A stretch of 64,000 nucleotides of DNA, from the IMG/VR virus record IMGVR_UViG_3300002220_000029, positions 11,285 to 75,284 of that record; one strand, 5' to 3'. Numbering within the stretch: the stretch's first letter is position 1; each line of letters opens with the position of its first letter. Position numbers and translations under genes: made by a program. The notes under the pieces were generated by a model. The model was not told where the DNA came from. It made no database searches and saw only the letters and a program-made list of their open reading frames with translations. The stretch is from a virus. Its lineage: Duplodnaviria; Caudoviricetes. Positions 26,887 through 36,439 of this stretch are shown one piece after another.

Positions 26887-27213
26887 ATGCCCTGCCACGA
26901 AGTCAGAACAGTAAGTGTAGAATTTAAAGTAGGCAATATTGATTTACTCAAGAAGGTATTGGAAAAAATTGGATTCAAGAGAATTGAGTGGACTGAAGAA
27001 AATGTTAGATTTGAGAATAACAAATCCATATTCAACATTAACTTTTTCGATAACAAAATTTCAAGCCGTTATGTTGATGCAAAAGAACTGGCCAACCTTT
27101 CTAACCAAATCAAGCGTGCCTACAGCGAACAAGTCATTGATGAAATTGCCAAAAGACAAAAGTGGATGAAGAAAAAGATGAGTGAAAACAAATTTCAACT
27201 TCAAAGATTTTAG
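26887..27213 (+). CDS. DUF1257/Ycf35-like protein
   Basis: H...TVSVEF...DLLKKVLEKIGF...IKRAYSEQVI pattern; AAA-ATPase context. Confidence 0.5.
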   Translation: MPCHEVRTVSVEFKVGNIDLLKKVLEKIGFKRIEWTEENVRFENNKSIFNINFFDNKISSRYVDAKELANLSNQIKRAYSEQVIDEIAKRQKWMKKKMSENKFQLQRF

Positions 27214-27223
27214 GGAAGGACAC

Positions 27224-27502
27224 ATGAAAAACCTGGCAAAGGCCAATGATTTTATCAATACGGCAAGAGGAAATTATATCGTCGCACAAGCTCTGTATAT
27301 CGCAAGCAAGGAAATGAAAAAGGTGCCTGCTCCTCATACAGAATACAGCAACATATCTGATATGGAATTTCTGCTGGATAATTTGTTTTCTAACTTCAAG
27401 GCAATTTTTGAGATGGAAGAAGACCACGCTGAAATTGCAAGAAGGGACTTTGAAAGAAAGGTCTACGAGGAGTGCGATAAAGAAGATAGGGAGGAGAAAT
27501 AA
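27224..27502 (+). CDS. hypothetical protein
   Basis: GGAAGG RBS before ATG 27224. Confidence 0.55.
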   Translation: MKNLAKANDFINTARGNYIVAQALYIASKEMKKVPAPHTEYSNISDMEFLLDNLFSNFKAIFEMEEDHAEIARRDFERKVYEECDKEDREEK

Positions 27503-27505
27503 AAA

Positions 27506-27715
27506 ATGGACATCATGAATTTCGAGATTTTAGAGGATGGAACCATTACGGTCAAAACGAGCGACATCAGCGATGGCAATCACATGAGTGCCGATGCGTT
27601 AATGGAGGAACTTGATAAATTAATGGGCGGCCATGTTGATATTAAACAAAATCCCGACGCCCAGAAAAGAGCACACGTTCATGCCCACAAGCATGGCTTG
27701 GTTCATAATCATTAG
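27506..27715 (+). CDS. DUF2997-like protein
   Basis: FEILEDGTITVKT...ELDKLMGG pattern; same module. Confidence 0.5.
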   Translation: MDIMNFEILEDGTITVKTSDISDGNHMSADALMEELDKLMGGHVDIKQNPDAQKRAHVHAHKHGLVHNH

Positions 27716-27726
27716 GTTGAATGATC

Positions 27727-27746
27727 CTTTTAAAATATTTTAAAAG
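27727..27746. promoter_or_regulatory. perfect 20-bp palindrome, candidate operator
   Basis: CTTTTAAAATATTTTAAAAG in an AT-rich intergenic region upstream of a small DNA-binding gene. Confidence 0.45.
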
Positions 27747-27809
27747 ATTTTCTTTATTTCTTAGAAGAGATAGTATACAATAAGAAATAAATGAAAGGAG
27801 GAACAAATA

Positions 27810-28019
27810 TTGTCTATTTCACTTAGTAGAAAAAAGGTCAAAAGAATCGTCCAAGGGGCCTATATTACTCACGAAGCAAAAGCTGCTTTAACCAGAGAGG
27901 CTCAAAGGCAGGACATTTTTCTTTCCAGATTTGCTGCCGAGATTTTGGAAAAGGAAGCCAAACTAATTCTGAGGAGGGAATCTAAAGATGGCAAAAATCT
28001 TCCGACCACTGAAACCTAA
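27810..28019 (+). CDS. ribbon-helix-helix-like DNA-binding protein
   Basis: AGGAGG RBS with TTG start; GAYITHEAKAALTREAQRQDIFLSRFAAEILE strand-helix-helix pattern. Confidence 0.55.
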   Translation: MSISLSRKKVKRIVQGAYITHEAKAALTREAQRQDIFLSRFAAEILEKEAKLILRRESKDGKNLPTTET

Positions 28020-28341
28020 AATGTTTTGTGGGAATTGCCAGTCTTTTTTAGGAAGTAAAAAGTGTATTGCTGATGAAGATTCTGAAGAAGAAGGCAAGTT
28101 TCGTAACTGTAGAGTGGGAGGTCAAAAGGTTACCTCTCGCTCTACATCCTGTAATGAATTCAAATTGAAACATACTTTTTTCTGTCAAAGACATGACCAA
28201 AGTTATGATGTGCTTATGTGCCTGGCCAGGCAAAAGAAAAATCATCCAGGATGTTCAGTGAGGTGTCAACAAGGTAAAATGTTTAAACGATATACAGAAT
28301 ATCAAAAAGGAGCAGGAGACAATGCGAATAGATATGAATAA
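27988..28341 (+). CDS. Cys-rich putative Zn-binding protein
   Basis: CGNC, CRV, CNEF, CQRH, CSVRC. Confidence 0.55.
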   Translation: MAKIFRPLKPKMFCGNCQSFLGSKKCIADEDSEEEGKFRNCRVGGQKVTSRSTSCNEFKLKHTFFCQRHDQSYDVLMCLARQKKNHPGCSVRCQQGKMFKRYTEYQKGAGDNANRYE

Positions 28342-28693
28342 AAGATTATTACAACTGGCATGGAATGCCATAGATGTCAATAATTACGTGCCTGTCGATG
28401 ATGTTTCTGTGTTTAATCAACTGGTAGACCATAATAATCCAGAAGTTATCTATATGGAAATTGAAAGGAAGAATATAATTAAAAAGGCATACGCTAATCT
28501 TTCCAGCGAGGCTAAGCAAGTGATTCAAATAGTTTTAGATGCTCCCAACGAGATAATGGAAATAATCGCCAGCCCCAGAACTCGGCTGATAAGTCAAAAA
28601 AGAATTGAATCAATGATGAGAAGACAGTGGAAAGAAAAATCATACACCAAACAGGTCATGAAGGAATTAAATAATTTTGTTAAAAATTTTTAA
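28322..28693 (+). CDS. hypothetical protein, weak sigma-factor region-4-like helix pattern
   Basis: IIKKAYANLSSEAKQVIQIVL; resemblance only. Confidence 0.35.
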   Translation: MRIDMNKRLLQLAWNAIDVNNYVPVDDVSVFNQLVDHNNPEVIYMEIERKNIIKKAYANLSSEAKQVIQIVLDAPNEIMEIIASPRTRLISQKRIESMMRRQWKEKSYTKQVMKELNNFVKNF

Positions 28694-28699
28694 AGGAAA

Positions 28700-30106
28700 A
28701 TGATGCTTATTAAATTTATTGATCCTATTTATTGTCAGGCAGATCCTAAACAAGATATTCAAAAAATCAAGTCTTGTTTGGAATACCCTTCTGAACATTG
28801 GAAACAAGGTCCTTTTAGAAAAGTTAAAAAGACAGGCACTGCTTTCCTTTGTGATCAGCGTAGTGGAAAATTCCTGGCAGGCTTGTATCCAAGAGTGATC
28901 AAGTATTGTAGAGACAATGCCATTCTGGCAGATACTCAGCCTTTGCTTGATTCCTTAAAAACCGGGAAGCCAAGTCTGCCAGGGATTGATCTGCGACAAG
29001 ATCAGATCGAACTGTTACAAAAGGTCAATGAACACAAAAGGGGATTGTTAGTAGCACCTCCTGGCATTGGCAAGACAGTTTTAGCAGGCTCTATTATTTC
29101 GCAGTATCCAAAATCAAAAGCGATAATGGTCGTGCATACCAATTCTCTTTTCCAACAGACGATCGAAAATTTCAAGAATTGGTTTGGAGAACAATCGATA
29201 GGCATCATTGGCGACAGTGTTTATTCACCAGCCAGAGTCAATGTAGTTATGTCTAAAACAGCGTTTTCTATTTGTAGCCGTAATGAAAACGGCAAATATT
29301 CAAATGTAAATTATAACAATTTCTTTGACCTATTGGCTGCTGCTGATGTTTTAATAATTGATGAAAGCCACCATTGTGGACAATTAAAAGGGTCTTATTC
29401 AGATATCTTTGAACGATGTTTAGCCCCTATCAGAATTGGATTAACAGCGACACCCAATACCAAGAAAAAAGAATCTCTTATTATCGAAGGCTATCTGGGT
29501 CCAGTGATTGGCCAACTAACAATTCAAGAAGGAATGGAAAGAGGTCTTTTGGCCACACCAAAAGTAAAATTAATTCCTGTGCCACTGAATACCACCATTG
29601 GAGAATTTCGGTCATATCAAGAAATCTATAAACATGGCATTATTTTAAACAAGGCCAGAAATCGACTGATTGTAAAAGAGGCGGCAGAAAGAATATCGAA
29701 TGGCGAGTCTGTTTTAATTATGATTACAGACGTGATACACGAACAAGGCGTCATGCTTCAAGAGATGGGGCGGGATATCTATGGTCTCGATATTGATCTT
29801 GTCCAAGGGTCAACAGAAACAGAAACACGTGAGAGAATTAAAAAGGCATTGCAATCAAAACAGACGAGATGTGTTACAACCACAACCATCTGGAGAGAAG
29901 GCATCAATATTCCATCTTTGGATTGTGTAATTTGGGCTTCTGGAGGGAAGTCTGACATTGCCACACTTCAAGGTCTTGGCCGTGGTTTGAGAACGACCGA
30001 TGAAAAAAAGACCTTCACGATCGTTGATTTTCTTGATCCATACAAATACTTGAGCCAACACACAATTCAGCGTTTGAGAATTTATGTTGAGAACGGATGT
30101 TTATGA
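28700..30106 (+). CDS. SF2 DNA helicase (UvsW-like)
   Basis: APPGIGKT, IIDESHH, GLTATP, REGINIP, QGLGRGLR motifs. Confidence 0.9.
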   Translation: MMLIKFIDPIYCQADPKQDIQKIKSCLEYPSEHWKQGPFRKVKKTGTAFLCDQRSGKFLAGLYPRVIKYCRDNAILADTQPLLDSLKTGKPSLPGIDLRQDQIELLQKVNEHKRGLLVAPPGIGKTVLAGSIISQYPKSKAIMVVHTNSLFQQTIENFKNWFGEQSIGIIGDSVYSPARVNVVMSKTAFSICSRNENGKYSNVNYNNFFDLLAAADVLIIDESHHCGQLKGSYSDIFERCLAPIRIGLTATPNTKKKESLIIEGYLGPVIGQLTIQEGMERGLLATPKVKLIPVPLNTTIGEFRSYQEIYKHGIILNKARNRLIVKEAAERISNGESVLIMITDVIHEQGVMLQEMGRDIYGLDIDLVQGSTETETRERIKKALQSKQTRCVTTTTIWREGINIPSLDCVIWASGGKSDIATLQGLGRGLRTTDEKKTFTIVDFLDPYKYLSQHTIQRLRIYVENGCL

Positions 30107-31026
30107 ACATGGACCTGGAGTTAGTGGATACCAAATCTCTCCTGTCGGATCTTGATATTGAATACAAGACTTCAGGAAAAAATATAGGCTCGGGTTGTAT
30201 TGGAATTGTTTGCCCATTTTGTGGGGACCAATCGAACCACTGCGGAATCTTCATTAAAAAGAACCTATTCAAATGCTGGGTCTGTGGCCAAAAGGGGTCA
30301 ATTGTCCATTTGATCAAAGAAATCAAAGGGATATCGTTTCGAAAATCAGTCAATATCATTAGAGACTATGTCCAAGACAGTAGTCTTTATCGCCTTAATG
30401 AAAAAGATTTGACTGAAGCCAATTCTGTAAGGAGTAATAGACAGTCTGTCGCGTATCCATCCCCGATTTTAGACTCTATTCCTGAACCTCATAGGCAATA
30501 TCTTTTGTCCAGGAATTTTGACCCCGATCTTCTTATTAAAAAATATGGCCTAAAATTTACTTATAATACGGGTGACTATCGGTTCAGAATCATAGCCCCA
30601 ATCTCTGTTGGTGGCAAAGCAGTATCATGGATTGCTGCTGATGTAATCAGAAAAGGTGGGATTCCATACTTGAAATGTCCTTTGGAGATGTCCATCATAT
30701 CGGTTAATAATTGTCTTTACAATATTGATTCGGTTGGATCTGTGGCCATTCTTGTTGAGGGAATAACAGATGTGTGGCGTATGGGCGATGGCTGCGTAGC
30801 TTCAATGACCAAGTCAATAAATTCTGCTCAAATACAACAGCTCTCTGATCATGGGGTTAAGAAGGTTATTATTATGTTTGATGCTGATGCTATTGACGGA
30901 GCGAAGATCGCAGCTGGCAAATTACGTGGACTTTTCTCTGTTGATGTGATAGAACTATCTGAAGGAGATCCTGCTGATTTGTTAGCCAGTGATGTCATGG
31001 ATTTGCGGGCGGAAATTTTTTCTTAA
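30097..31026 (+). CDS. DNA primase (Zn finger + TOPRIM)
   Basis: CPFC...H...CWVC zinc finger; LVEGITD and MFDAD TOPRIM motifs. Confidence 0.88.
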   Translation: MFMNMDLELVDTKSLLSDLDIEYKTSGKNIGSGCIGIVCPFCGDQSNHCGIFIKKNLFKCWVCGQKGSIVHLIKEIKGISFRKSVNIIRDYVQDSSLYRLNEKDLTEANSVRSNRQSVAYPSPILDSIPEPHRQYLLSRNFDPDLLIKKYGLKFTYNTGDYRFRIIAPISVGGKAVSWIAADVIRKGGIPYLKCPLEMSIISVNNCLYNIDSVGSVAILVEGITDVWRMGDGCVASMTKSINSAQIQQLSDHGVKKVIIMFDADAIDGAKIAAGKLRGLFSVDVIELSEGDPADLLASDVMDLRAEIFS

Positions 31027-31121
31027 AAAATATCTTTTAATGCCAGAGATTTTATCTTATAATTATTTTAAAGGATAGATTGGTCAGGCAATCACCTTTA
31101 GCAAGGAACAAGGAAAGCAAA

Positions 31122-31277
31122 ATGAAAAAAAACCTTTTACGCATGGACCCGAGGTTATTGTTTTTGATAGCCTTGGTCCTGACAATCAAGTCTATCGTAT
31201 TGTATGGCTTTCCTTGTACGATGGCCTTGGGTTCAGCCGTAAAAGGTTTTTTACTGGCTGAAATTTGGAGGGAATAA
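31122..31277 (+). CDS. small membrane protein
   Basis: AAGGA RBS; hydrophobic 51-aa ORF. Confidence 0.45.
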   Translation: MKKNLLRMDPRLLFLIALVLTIKSIVLYGFPCTMALGSAVKGFLLAEIWRE

Positions 31278-31279
31278 AA

Positions 31280-32731
31280 ATGGAAAATGATGAATCTATC
31301 TTAATGGAAAAGCATAAATCCACACCATCAGGAATTGGTATCCCAGTAGAAGTTTTTTGTAATTATCAATTGACTCAAACAGAGAAAATGCTTTTTGGAT
31401 ACATTCAAAATCTAAGTAAATCATCAAAAGGGTGTTGGGCCTCTAACAAATATCTTGGTAAAATCACCGGGGTAGGAGAACAATCAATCACCAATTCACT
31501 CAGGACTCTCCAAGATTACCAATACATTGTTGTTGAATTAGAAAAATCACCAAGAGGTATAAGCAGACATATTTTTATCAATCCGAATTATCTGGTCATT
31601 TATAAACCTCTTGTGGAGATTTTTTATGATAATCTTGATCAGCTTGATGCAGATCCACTATTAGAAAAATTATGCACTACCATAAAAAGAATTATAGACC
31701 CCCATAAAAAGAATTATGACATAAAAGAATATATAAAAGGAGATGTAAAAGATACATCTTCTAAAGAAGATGATGGTTCTGAAGAACCATCATTGGAAAG
31801 GTCAATCCGTTTTACCAATCTTCGTCCAATAAGGATCAGCCCTTATAGAAATTTCAAAGAAGAAGCAAAAGAACTTTTCCTTTATTGGAACGGTAAAGGT
31901 AAGCCGCTTACAAAGCATTTAGAAAAATCGAAGACCTTTACTGTCGCTCTTACAAGTTTAGATATTCTTATCCGTAGGAAATATACAGTGGAAGAAATAA
32001 AAAGGTCAATAGACAATTATTTTTGGTTGATTACCTGGAAAGAATTTCTGTTAGCAGGATCGAAGAAATCGGGGACAGTTGTTGGATTACCTGAATTCAT
32101 TAAGTTTGGAAAAGATACAAATGAAAGGATGGTCCTTTTTAATCCACTGCTTATAGAAAAAGGAGTAACCTCTTGGTTTGAAGAATGCCTCAATACACGA
32201 GACGTCCTTGAACAGAGATGGTCTAAATTGGTTAAAGATATGTATCCTAAAGAAACCAAAAAACTGAAAGAGCTTTGGTATGAATTTGGTGGCAGGCAAT
32301 TAGATCCTGTTAATGATGAAAATATCTTCCGCCAAATTTCAAAAAAGGCTCATAATTATTTTGAATCATTAAATGGAAAGTACCAATGGGGAACAGAAGA
32401 AAGGTATCCAATTGCGAGATTACACCACCTATTTGATGTTGGGCAAGCAGAAGGATGGGATTGGAAAAAAGCCCATCCAAAGTTCCTGTTGTCGCCAAAG
32501 ATGTTTGAAGAGAAGCTTCCTGCTCATTGGGGAAGAATAGCAATGGCCGAAGCGTTAACAGACACAGAGAGGAAGGAAAGAGATAATACCCCAGAGGCCA
32601 GAGAGCGTATGGAATTCAATAGTCATTTTTCTCACGATCCAAATAGTACCAGAGAGAGAACACTGGCTATGATCGCCAGTCAAGCGAAGAATCAAAAGGA
32701 AGAAACTGTGGACGAATTAAGAGATTATTGA
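31280..32731 (+). CDS. replication initiator-like protein with N-terminal winged HTH
   Basis: LTQTEKMLFGYI...CWASNKYLGKITGVGEQSITNSLRTL; between primase and DnaB; contains internal direct repeats. Confidence 0.65.
   Translation: MENDESILMEKHKSTPSGIGIPVEVFCNYQLTQTEKMLFGYIQNLSKSSKGCWASNKYLGKITGVGEQSITNSLRTLQDYQYIVVELEKSPRGISRHIFINPNYLVIYKPLVEIFYDNLDQLDADPLLEKLCTTIKRIIDPHKKNYDIKEYIKGDVKDTSSKEDDGSEEPSLERSIRFTNLRPIRISPYRNFKEEAKELFLYWNGKGKPLTKHLEKSKTFTVALTSLDILIRRKYTVEEIKRSIDNYFWLITWKEFLLAGSKKSGTVVGLPEFIKFGKDTNERMVLFNPLLIEKGVTSWFEECLNTRDVLEQRWSKLVKDMYPKETKKLKELWYEFGGRQLDPVNDENIFRQISKKAHNYFESLNGKYQWGTEERYPIARLHHLFDVGQAEGWDWKKAHPKFLLSPKMFEEKLPAHWGRIAMAEALTDTERKERDNTPEARERMEFNSHFSHDPNSTRERTLAMIASQAKNQKEETVDELRDY
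31681..31735 (+). repeat. iteron-like direct repeats inside the initiator gene (candidate ori)
   Basis: CATAAAAAGAATTAT exact at 31681 and 31703; variant CATAAAAGAATATAT at 31720. Confidence 0.5.
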
Positions 32732-32746
32732 GAGGAGCAGACCGGG

Positions 32747-34297
32747 ATGACAAAGATTCGCAGATATTCGGTGGATAGAGACATCGAAAAAAAGATCGTA
32801 ACAGGGATGATTGTTTCAGATGAATTTTGTACCAGTATCCAAAAGATGATCAAACCGCAGTATTTTCAAATTGATTATGCCAAGATTGTAGCGGGCTGGG
32901 TTCAAGAACATTTTAGACATTACAAAAAGGCTCCGAAAAAAGATATTCAGACCATGTATCGGGCGGAGAAGGTTTCTTTAGATGAGGCTACTGGCAATTT
33001 GATTGGCAAATTCCTGAACAACCTTTCAGAGGCCTATGAAGAAGGCCCTTCTTTTAACCATGAGTATTTGTTAGATCAAGCCAGAGATTATTTCCGAGAG
33101 CGGTCTCTTTCCATTTTATCGGAAAAGGTCCAAGCCGATCTTCTTAGGGGTAGAATTGATCAAGCAGAAAAGGAAGTGAAGAACTTCAGCCGAGTTGTAA
33201 AAGAGCTTGGCACCGGGTTTAATCCTTTTGAAAAATCACACATCCTCAAAATGTTCAGCGTAGAGAATGATTTTATTTTCAGATTGCCAGAAGAGTTTGG
33301 CGATTTAGCGGGAGATCTTGAAAGAGAATGGCTTGTTGCATTTATGGGGCCAATGAAAAGAGGCAAGAGTTGGATGTTACAAGAATTTGCTGTTCAAGCT
33401 TTATCGTGTCGGTTAAAGGTGGCGATTTTTAGTCTTGAGATGAGTGGGAGAGAAATAACAAAAAGAATATACAAGAGGCTGACCGGAATGAGTGAGAGAT
33501 CTGGTCAAATTTCTTGGGCTACTTTTGATTGTGAACGGAATCAAGATAATACTTGTAATCGTCCAGAAAGGACTTGTTCAAAAGGCGTTAAGGTTCCTGG
33601 AGAGATTATCGTGGAAGCAAAAGAAGTAAGAGGATACAAGCCATGTGTAATTTGTAGGCCGACTGAAAAAGGCGATCCGGGCAATGGCGAGTACCGGCAA
33701 GCGACCTGGAAGATTTGGAAGGACCAAAAGGAGTCATTAGATTCAAAAATAGTTCTTAAGAAGGCCCGTGATTTTGAAAGGCTTTATGGGAGTAATTTAC
33801 GAGTTAAATCATATCCATCATTTATTGCCAGTTTTGATGATATTATTTCCGATTTGGACGATTTTTGGTATACAGAATCATTTGCTCCCGATGTGATTTG
33901 TATTGACTCGGTTGATATTATGGCTCCGCAAGGGAGTGGAAATCTTTCTGAGAGAGGTCAAGCAGATTGGGCGTGGAAAAGAGCAAAAGGGTTGGCCGGA
34001 GAGAGACATTGTTTGGTGGCCACTGTCCTCCAGAGCAATCGTGCGTCTATTACACAAAAGAGTGTCCAGCAAGAAAATACGTCGGAAGATATCAGGAAGT
34101 TAGCACATTCAGATATTATGTTTGGTCTAAATCAGACTCCTGCTGAAAAGAAAAAAGGCGTAATGAGAGTGAGTGCTATTGTTCATCGCCATAAAGAATT
34201 CCAATTCGGTAAAGATGTAATGATTTTACAATCATTAGGCATTGGCCAGCCACTTCTTGAAACGCAATGGAGTGAGGAAAAAGAAAAGGACGAGTAA
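32747..34297 (+). CDS. dnaB: replicative helicase, DnaB/gp41-like
   Basis: Walker A GPMKRGKS, FSLEMS, ICIDSVD, VATVLQSNR, EDIRKLAHSD. Confidence 0.85.
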   Translation: MTKIRRYSVDRDIEKKIVTGMIVSDEFCTSIQKMIKPQYFQIDYAKIVAGWVQEHFRHYKKAPKKDIQTMYRAEKVSLDEATGNLIGKFLNNLSEAYEEGPSFNHEYLLDQARDYFRERSLSILSEKVQADLLRGRIDQAEKEVKNFSRVVKELGTGFNPFEKSHILKMFSVENDFIFRLPEEFGDLAGDLEREWLVAFMGPMKRGKSWMLQEFAVQALSCRLKVAIFSLEMSGREITKRIYKRLTGMSERSGQISWATFDCERNQDNTCNRPERTCSKGVKVPGEIIVEAKEVRGYKPCVICRPTEKGDPGNGEYRQATWKIWKDQKESLDSKIVLKKARDFERLYGSNLRVKSYPSFIASFDDIISDLDDFWYTESFAPDVICIDSVDIMAPQGSGNLSERGQADWAWKRAKGLAGERHCLVATVLQSNRASITQKSVQQENTSEDIRKLAHSDIMFGLNQTPAEKKKGVMRVSAIVHRHKEFQFGKDVMILQSLGIGQPLLETQWSEEKEKDE

Positions 34298-34322
34298 AAT
34301 AGTTGTAAAATAACTGGCTCAA

Positions 34323-34346
34323 ATTTTCAAGAGTGGTCTATAATAG
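34323..34346 (+). promoter_or_regulatory. phage promoter-like motif TCAA(A/G)A-N-TATAATAG
   Basis: TTTTCAAGAGTGGTCTATAATAG; one of 7 or more copies. Confidence 0.6.
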
Positions 34347-34398
34347 TTGTAAAGGTAGTTAAATTCTAACTGAGAATTAAAATGAAAGGAGAACGGAA

Positions 34399-34872
34399 AT
34401 GTTAGTGGATGTAAAAGAAATTAAATTTAAAGAGTTAGCAGCGGCAGTGAAGGTCTTAAATGATAGTGGATTGTTGGTTAAAACAATCGCCACAGTTGGC
34501 GTGACCAAAGAAGCTATCGTTAAGGCTTTTGTTGAAGGCGTTCAGTCGGTTCCCGATGACCAGGATGGAAATTGGACTGGTCCAGAAGAAGTGGCCGATT
34601 ATTACAGTAAGATTGTGATTCCTGATCCTGGAATCGAGACGGGCAAGAAAGAGAAAGTTCCAAAAGAAAAGAAAGAGAAAGTTCCAAAACAGAAAGGAGA
34701 GAAGAGTAAATCTTCGTTGGAAGTAATGAAAGAGCTTATTGCCAACAAAGCTTCCGATGCCGAGATTACCAAGGTGTTCACAGAGAAGTTGACCAAGAAG
34801 GATCCGAAACTTTCGGCAGATTTCATTGCCAAGAGAATCAAGATTTACAAAGGTTTAGCTGCAAAAGGGTAA
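34399..34872 (+). CDS. hypothetical Lys-rich protein
   Basis: AAGGAG RBS; KKEKVPK direct repeat. Confidence 0.6.
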   Translation: MLVDVKEIKFKELAAAVKVLNDSGLLVKTIATVGVTKEAIVKAFVEGVQSVPDDQDGNWTGPEEVADYYSKIVIPDPGIETGKKEKVPKEKKEKVPKQKGEKSKSSLEVMKELIANKASDAEITKVFTEKLTKKDPKLSADFIAKRIKIYKGLAAKG

Positions 34873-34894
34873 TCTTTCTCTTGCCCAGGCGCCC

Positions 34895-34924
34895 TTGGGA
34901 GGGATTATTGCCAATCCCTCCCAA
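34895..34924 (+). terminator. perfect 12-bp hairpin (terminator or RNA-processing/stability element)
   Basis: TTGGGAGGGATT-attgcc-AATCCCTCCCAA, weak U-tract; immediately upstream of queD. Confidence 0.55.
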
Positions 34925-34948
34925 TTGAATTTATAGAAAGGAGGCTTT

Positions 34949-35326
34949 ATGATTTCAATCTGTAGACGTTTCGAATTTCATGCTGCTCATTATCTTCCGA
35001 ATCATGAAGGAAAATGTAAAGATATTCATGGTCATTCATACATTCTGGAAGTAGAAGTGATAGGAATGATTCACACTGAAGGTCCCGCTACTGGGATGAT
35101 TATGGATTTTAGCAAGTTAAAGAAGATTGTTCATGATTCTGTTTTAGAGAAGATTGATCATAAGAATTTGAATGATATCTGGGATAATCCAACTGCCGAG
35201 AATATGGTCGTGGATATCTCCCGTTGGATTGAGCCACATCTGCCCGGATGGGTTACGGTTAATAGAATTCGTTTATGGGAAACCAGTAATTCTTACGCAG
35301 AATGGAGGATAGAATGGGGTCAGTGA
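34949..35326 (+). CDS. queD: 6-carboxytetrahydropterin synthase
   Basis: FEFHAAHYLP..EGKCKDIHGHSY, MIMDFS, DH..LN, PTAEN, WET. Confidence 0.92.
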   Translation: MISICRRFEFHAAHYLPNHEGKCKDIHGHSYILEVEVIGMIHTEGPATGMIMDFSKLKKIVHDSVLEKIDHKNLNDIWDNPTAENMVVDISRWIEPHLPGWVTVNRIRLWETSNSYAEWRIEWGQ

Positions 35327-35751
35327 AATCAAAAGAACAAATCGGGCCAAAGCTTTTTATCAATGGTATTGAATTGTCAGATCGTTGTCCTCATGAAATA
35401 GTAGAAATATTATTTTTGTGTATCAATTTTACATACTCATCTCTTGAGGCGATCCGAGCAAATCTGGAAGAATTGTTTGCTATGGCTGATGAATATTTAA
35501 TCGACAGAAGGAAGTGGTCTGCTGATAAAAAAGATCGAACCGACTGCTCCCGCCTCTTGAGACAGATCAATATTTGGAAAGTGAAATGGAAGAGATTACC
35601 TAAAGAAGGTTTGATGAGTGCTTACTGGGATTTTATTTTGAGGAATCAAAAGCTTGCGTTGTTACCTGGATTTGGTGTGGCTACCAATTTTGGTGATGTA
35701 TTGAGAGTCAATCCCGAAAAGACGTCGCTTCATTCTATGGTTAAAACCTAA
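35314..35751 (+). CDS. hypothetical protein within the deazaguanine cluster
   Basis: GGAGG RBS before ATG 35314; between queD and queE. Confidence 0.55.
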   Translation: MGSVKSKEQIGPKLFINGIELSDRCPHEIVEILFLCINFTYSSLEAIRANLEELFAMADEYLIDRRKWSADKKDRTDCSRLLRQINIWKVKWKRLPKEGLMSAYWDFILRNQKLALLPGFGVATNFGDVLRVNPEKTSLHSMVKT

Positions 35752-35764
35752 TAGGAGAAATGGT

Positions 35765-36421
35765 ATGAAAATTCATTCTATTTTCAAATCAATCAACGGT
35801 GAAATTTGTTCAGAGCACCAAGGCAGTCTAACAGCCTTTGTTCGTACTTTTGGCTGTAACAGTCGGTGTAGTTATTGCGACACACCATACAGTTACGCAG
35901 AAGGAGGAACTTATTCTGAGATGACTGTCAATCAAATTGTCCAAGAGGTTCTTGATTTGGCGGTTAAGAATGTTACCATAACAGGTGGAGAACCATTATT
36001 GCAAAAAGGAACCATCAATCTTATCAAACAGCTTAAATTGAAACGCCTTCATGTGTCTGTTGAAACAAATGGATCAAAGTTTATACCTAAGATAGAAGGC
36101 GTATCGTGGGTGGCAGATTATAAATTGCCATCTTCTGGTGCTGGACATTTGATGAGAATCAAGAATTACATCAATCTGTCCAGTCGTGATTATGTAAAGT
36201 TTGTCGTGTCAGATAGGCACGATTTTGATACAGCTCTCGAAATCATTCTCAGTATTTTTGTTGTGGTGAATTTCCTTGCAAGACCTAAATTTGCATTTTC
36301 TCCTGTATGGGGATCTCTGGCTCCAGAGACTCTTGCACAATGGATGATTGATAGTGAGTTTTTGTGTCGTCTTGGAGCTATTTATAATCTACAGATTCAT
36401 AAGATCTTGAAGGTATTATAA
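35765..36421 (+). CDS. queE: 7-carboxy-7-deazaguanine synthase (radical SAM)
   Basis: IFKSINGE, FVRTFGCNSRCSYCDTPY, TITGGEPLLQ, VETNGS, LQIHKIL. Confidence 0.92.
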   Translation: MKIHSIFKSINGEICSEHQGSLTAFVRTFGCNSRCSYCDTPYSYAEGGTYSEMTVNQIVQEVLDLAVKNVTITGGEPLLQKGTINLIKQLKLKRLHVSVETNGSKFIPKIEGVSWVADYKLPSSGAGHLMRIKNYINLSSRDYVKFVVSDRHDFDTALEIILSIFVVVNFLARPKFAFSPVWGSLAPETLAQWMIDSEFLCRLGAIYNLQIHKILKVL

Positions 36422-36439
36422 AATAATTGCCTCTGAATT

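Noticed and set aside
33490-33760. Intein in the DnaB-like helicase
   Set aside because: The insertion lacks N-terminal C/S block A and C-terminal HN motifs and is too short
34645-34700. Direct repeat AAGAAAGAGAAAGTTCCAAAA as a regulatory or mobile element
   Set aside because: In-frame coding duplication (KKEKVPK twice) in a low-complexity linker
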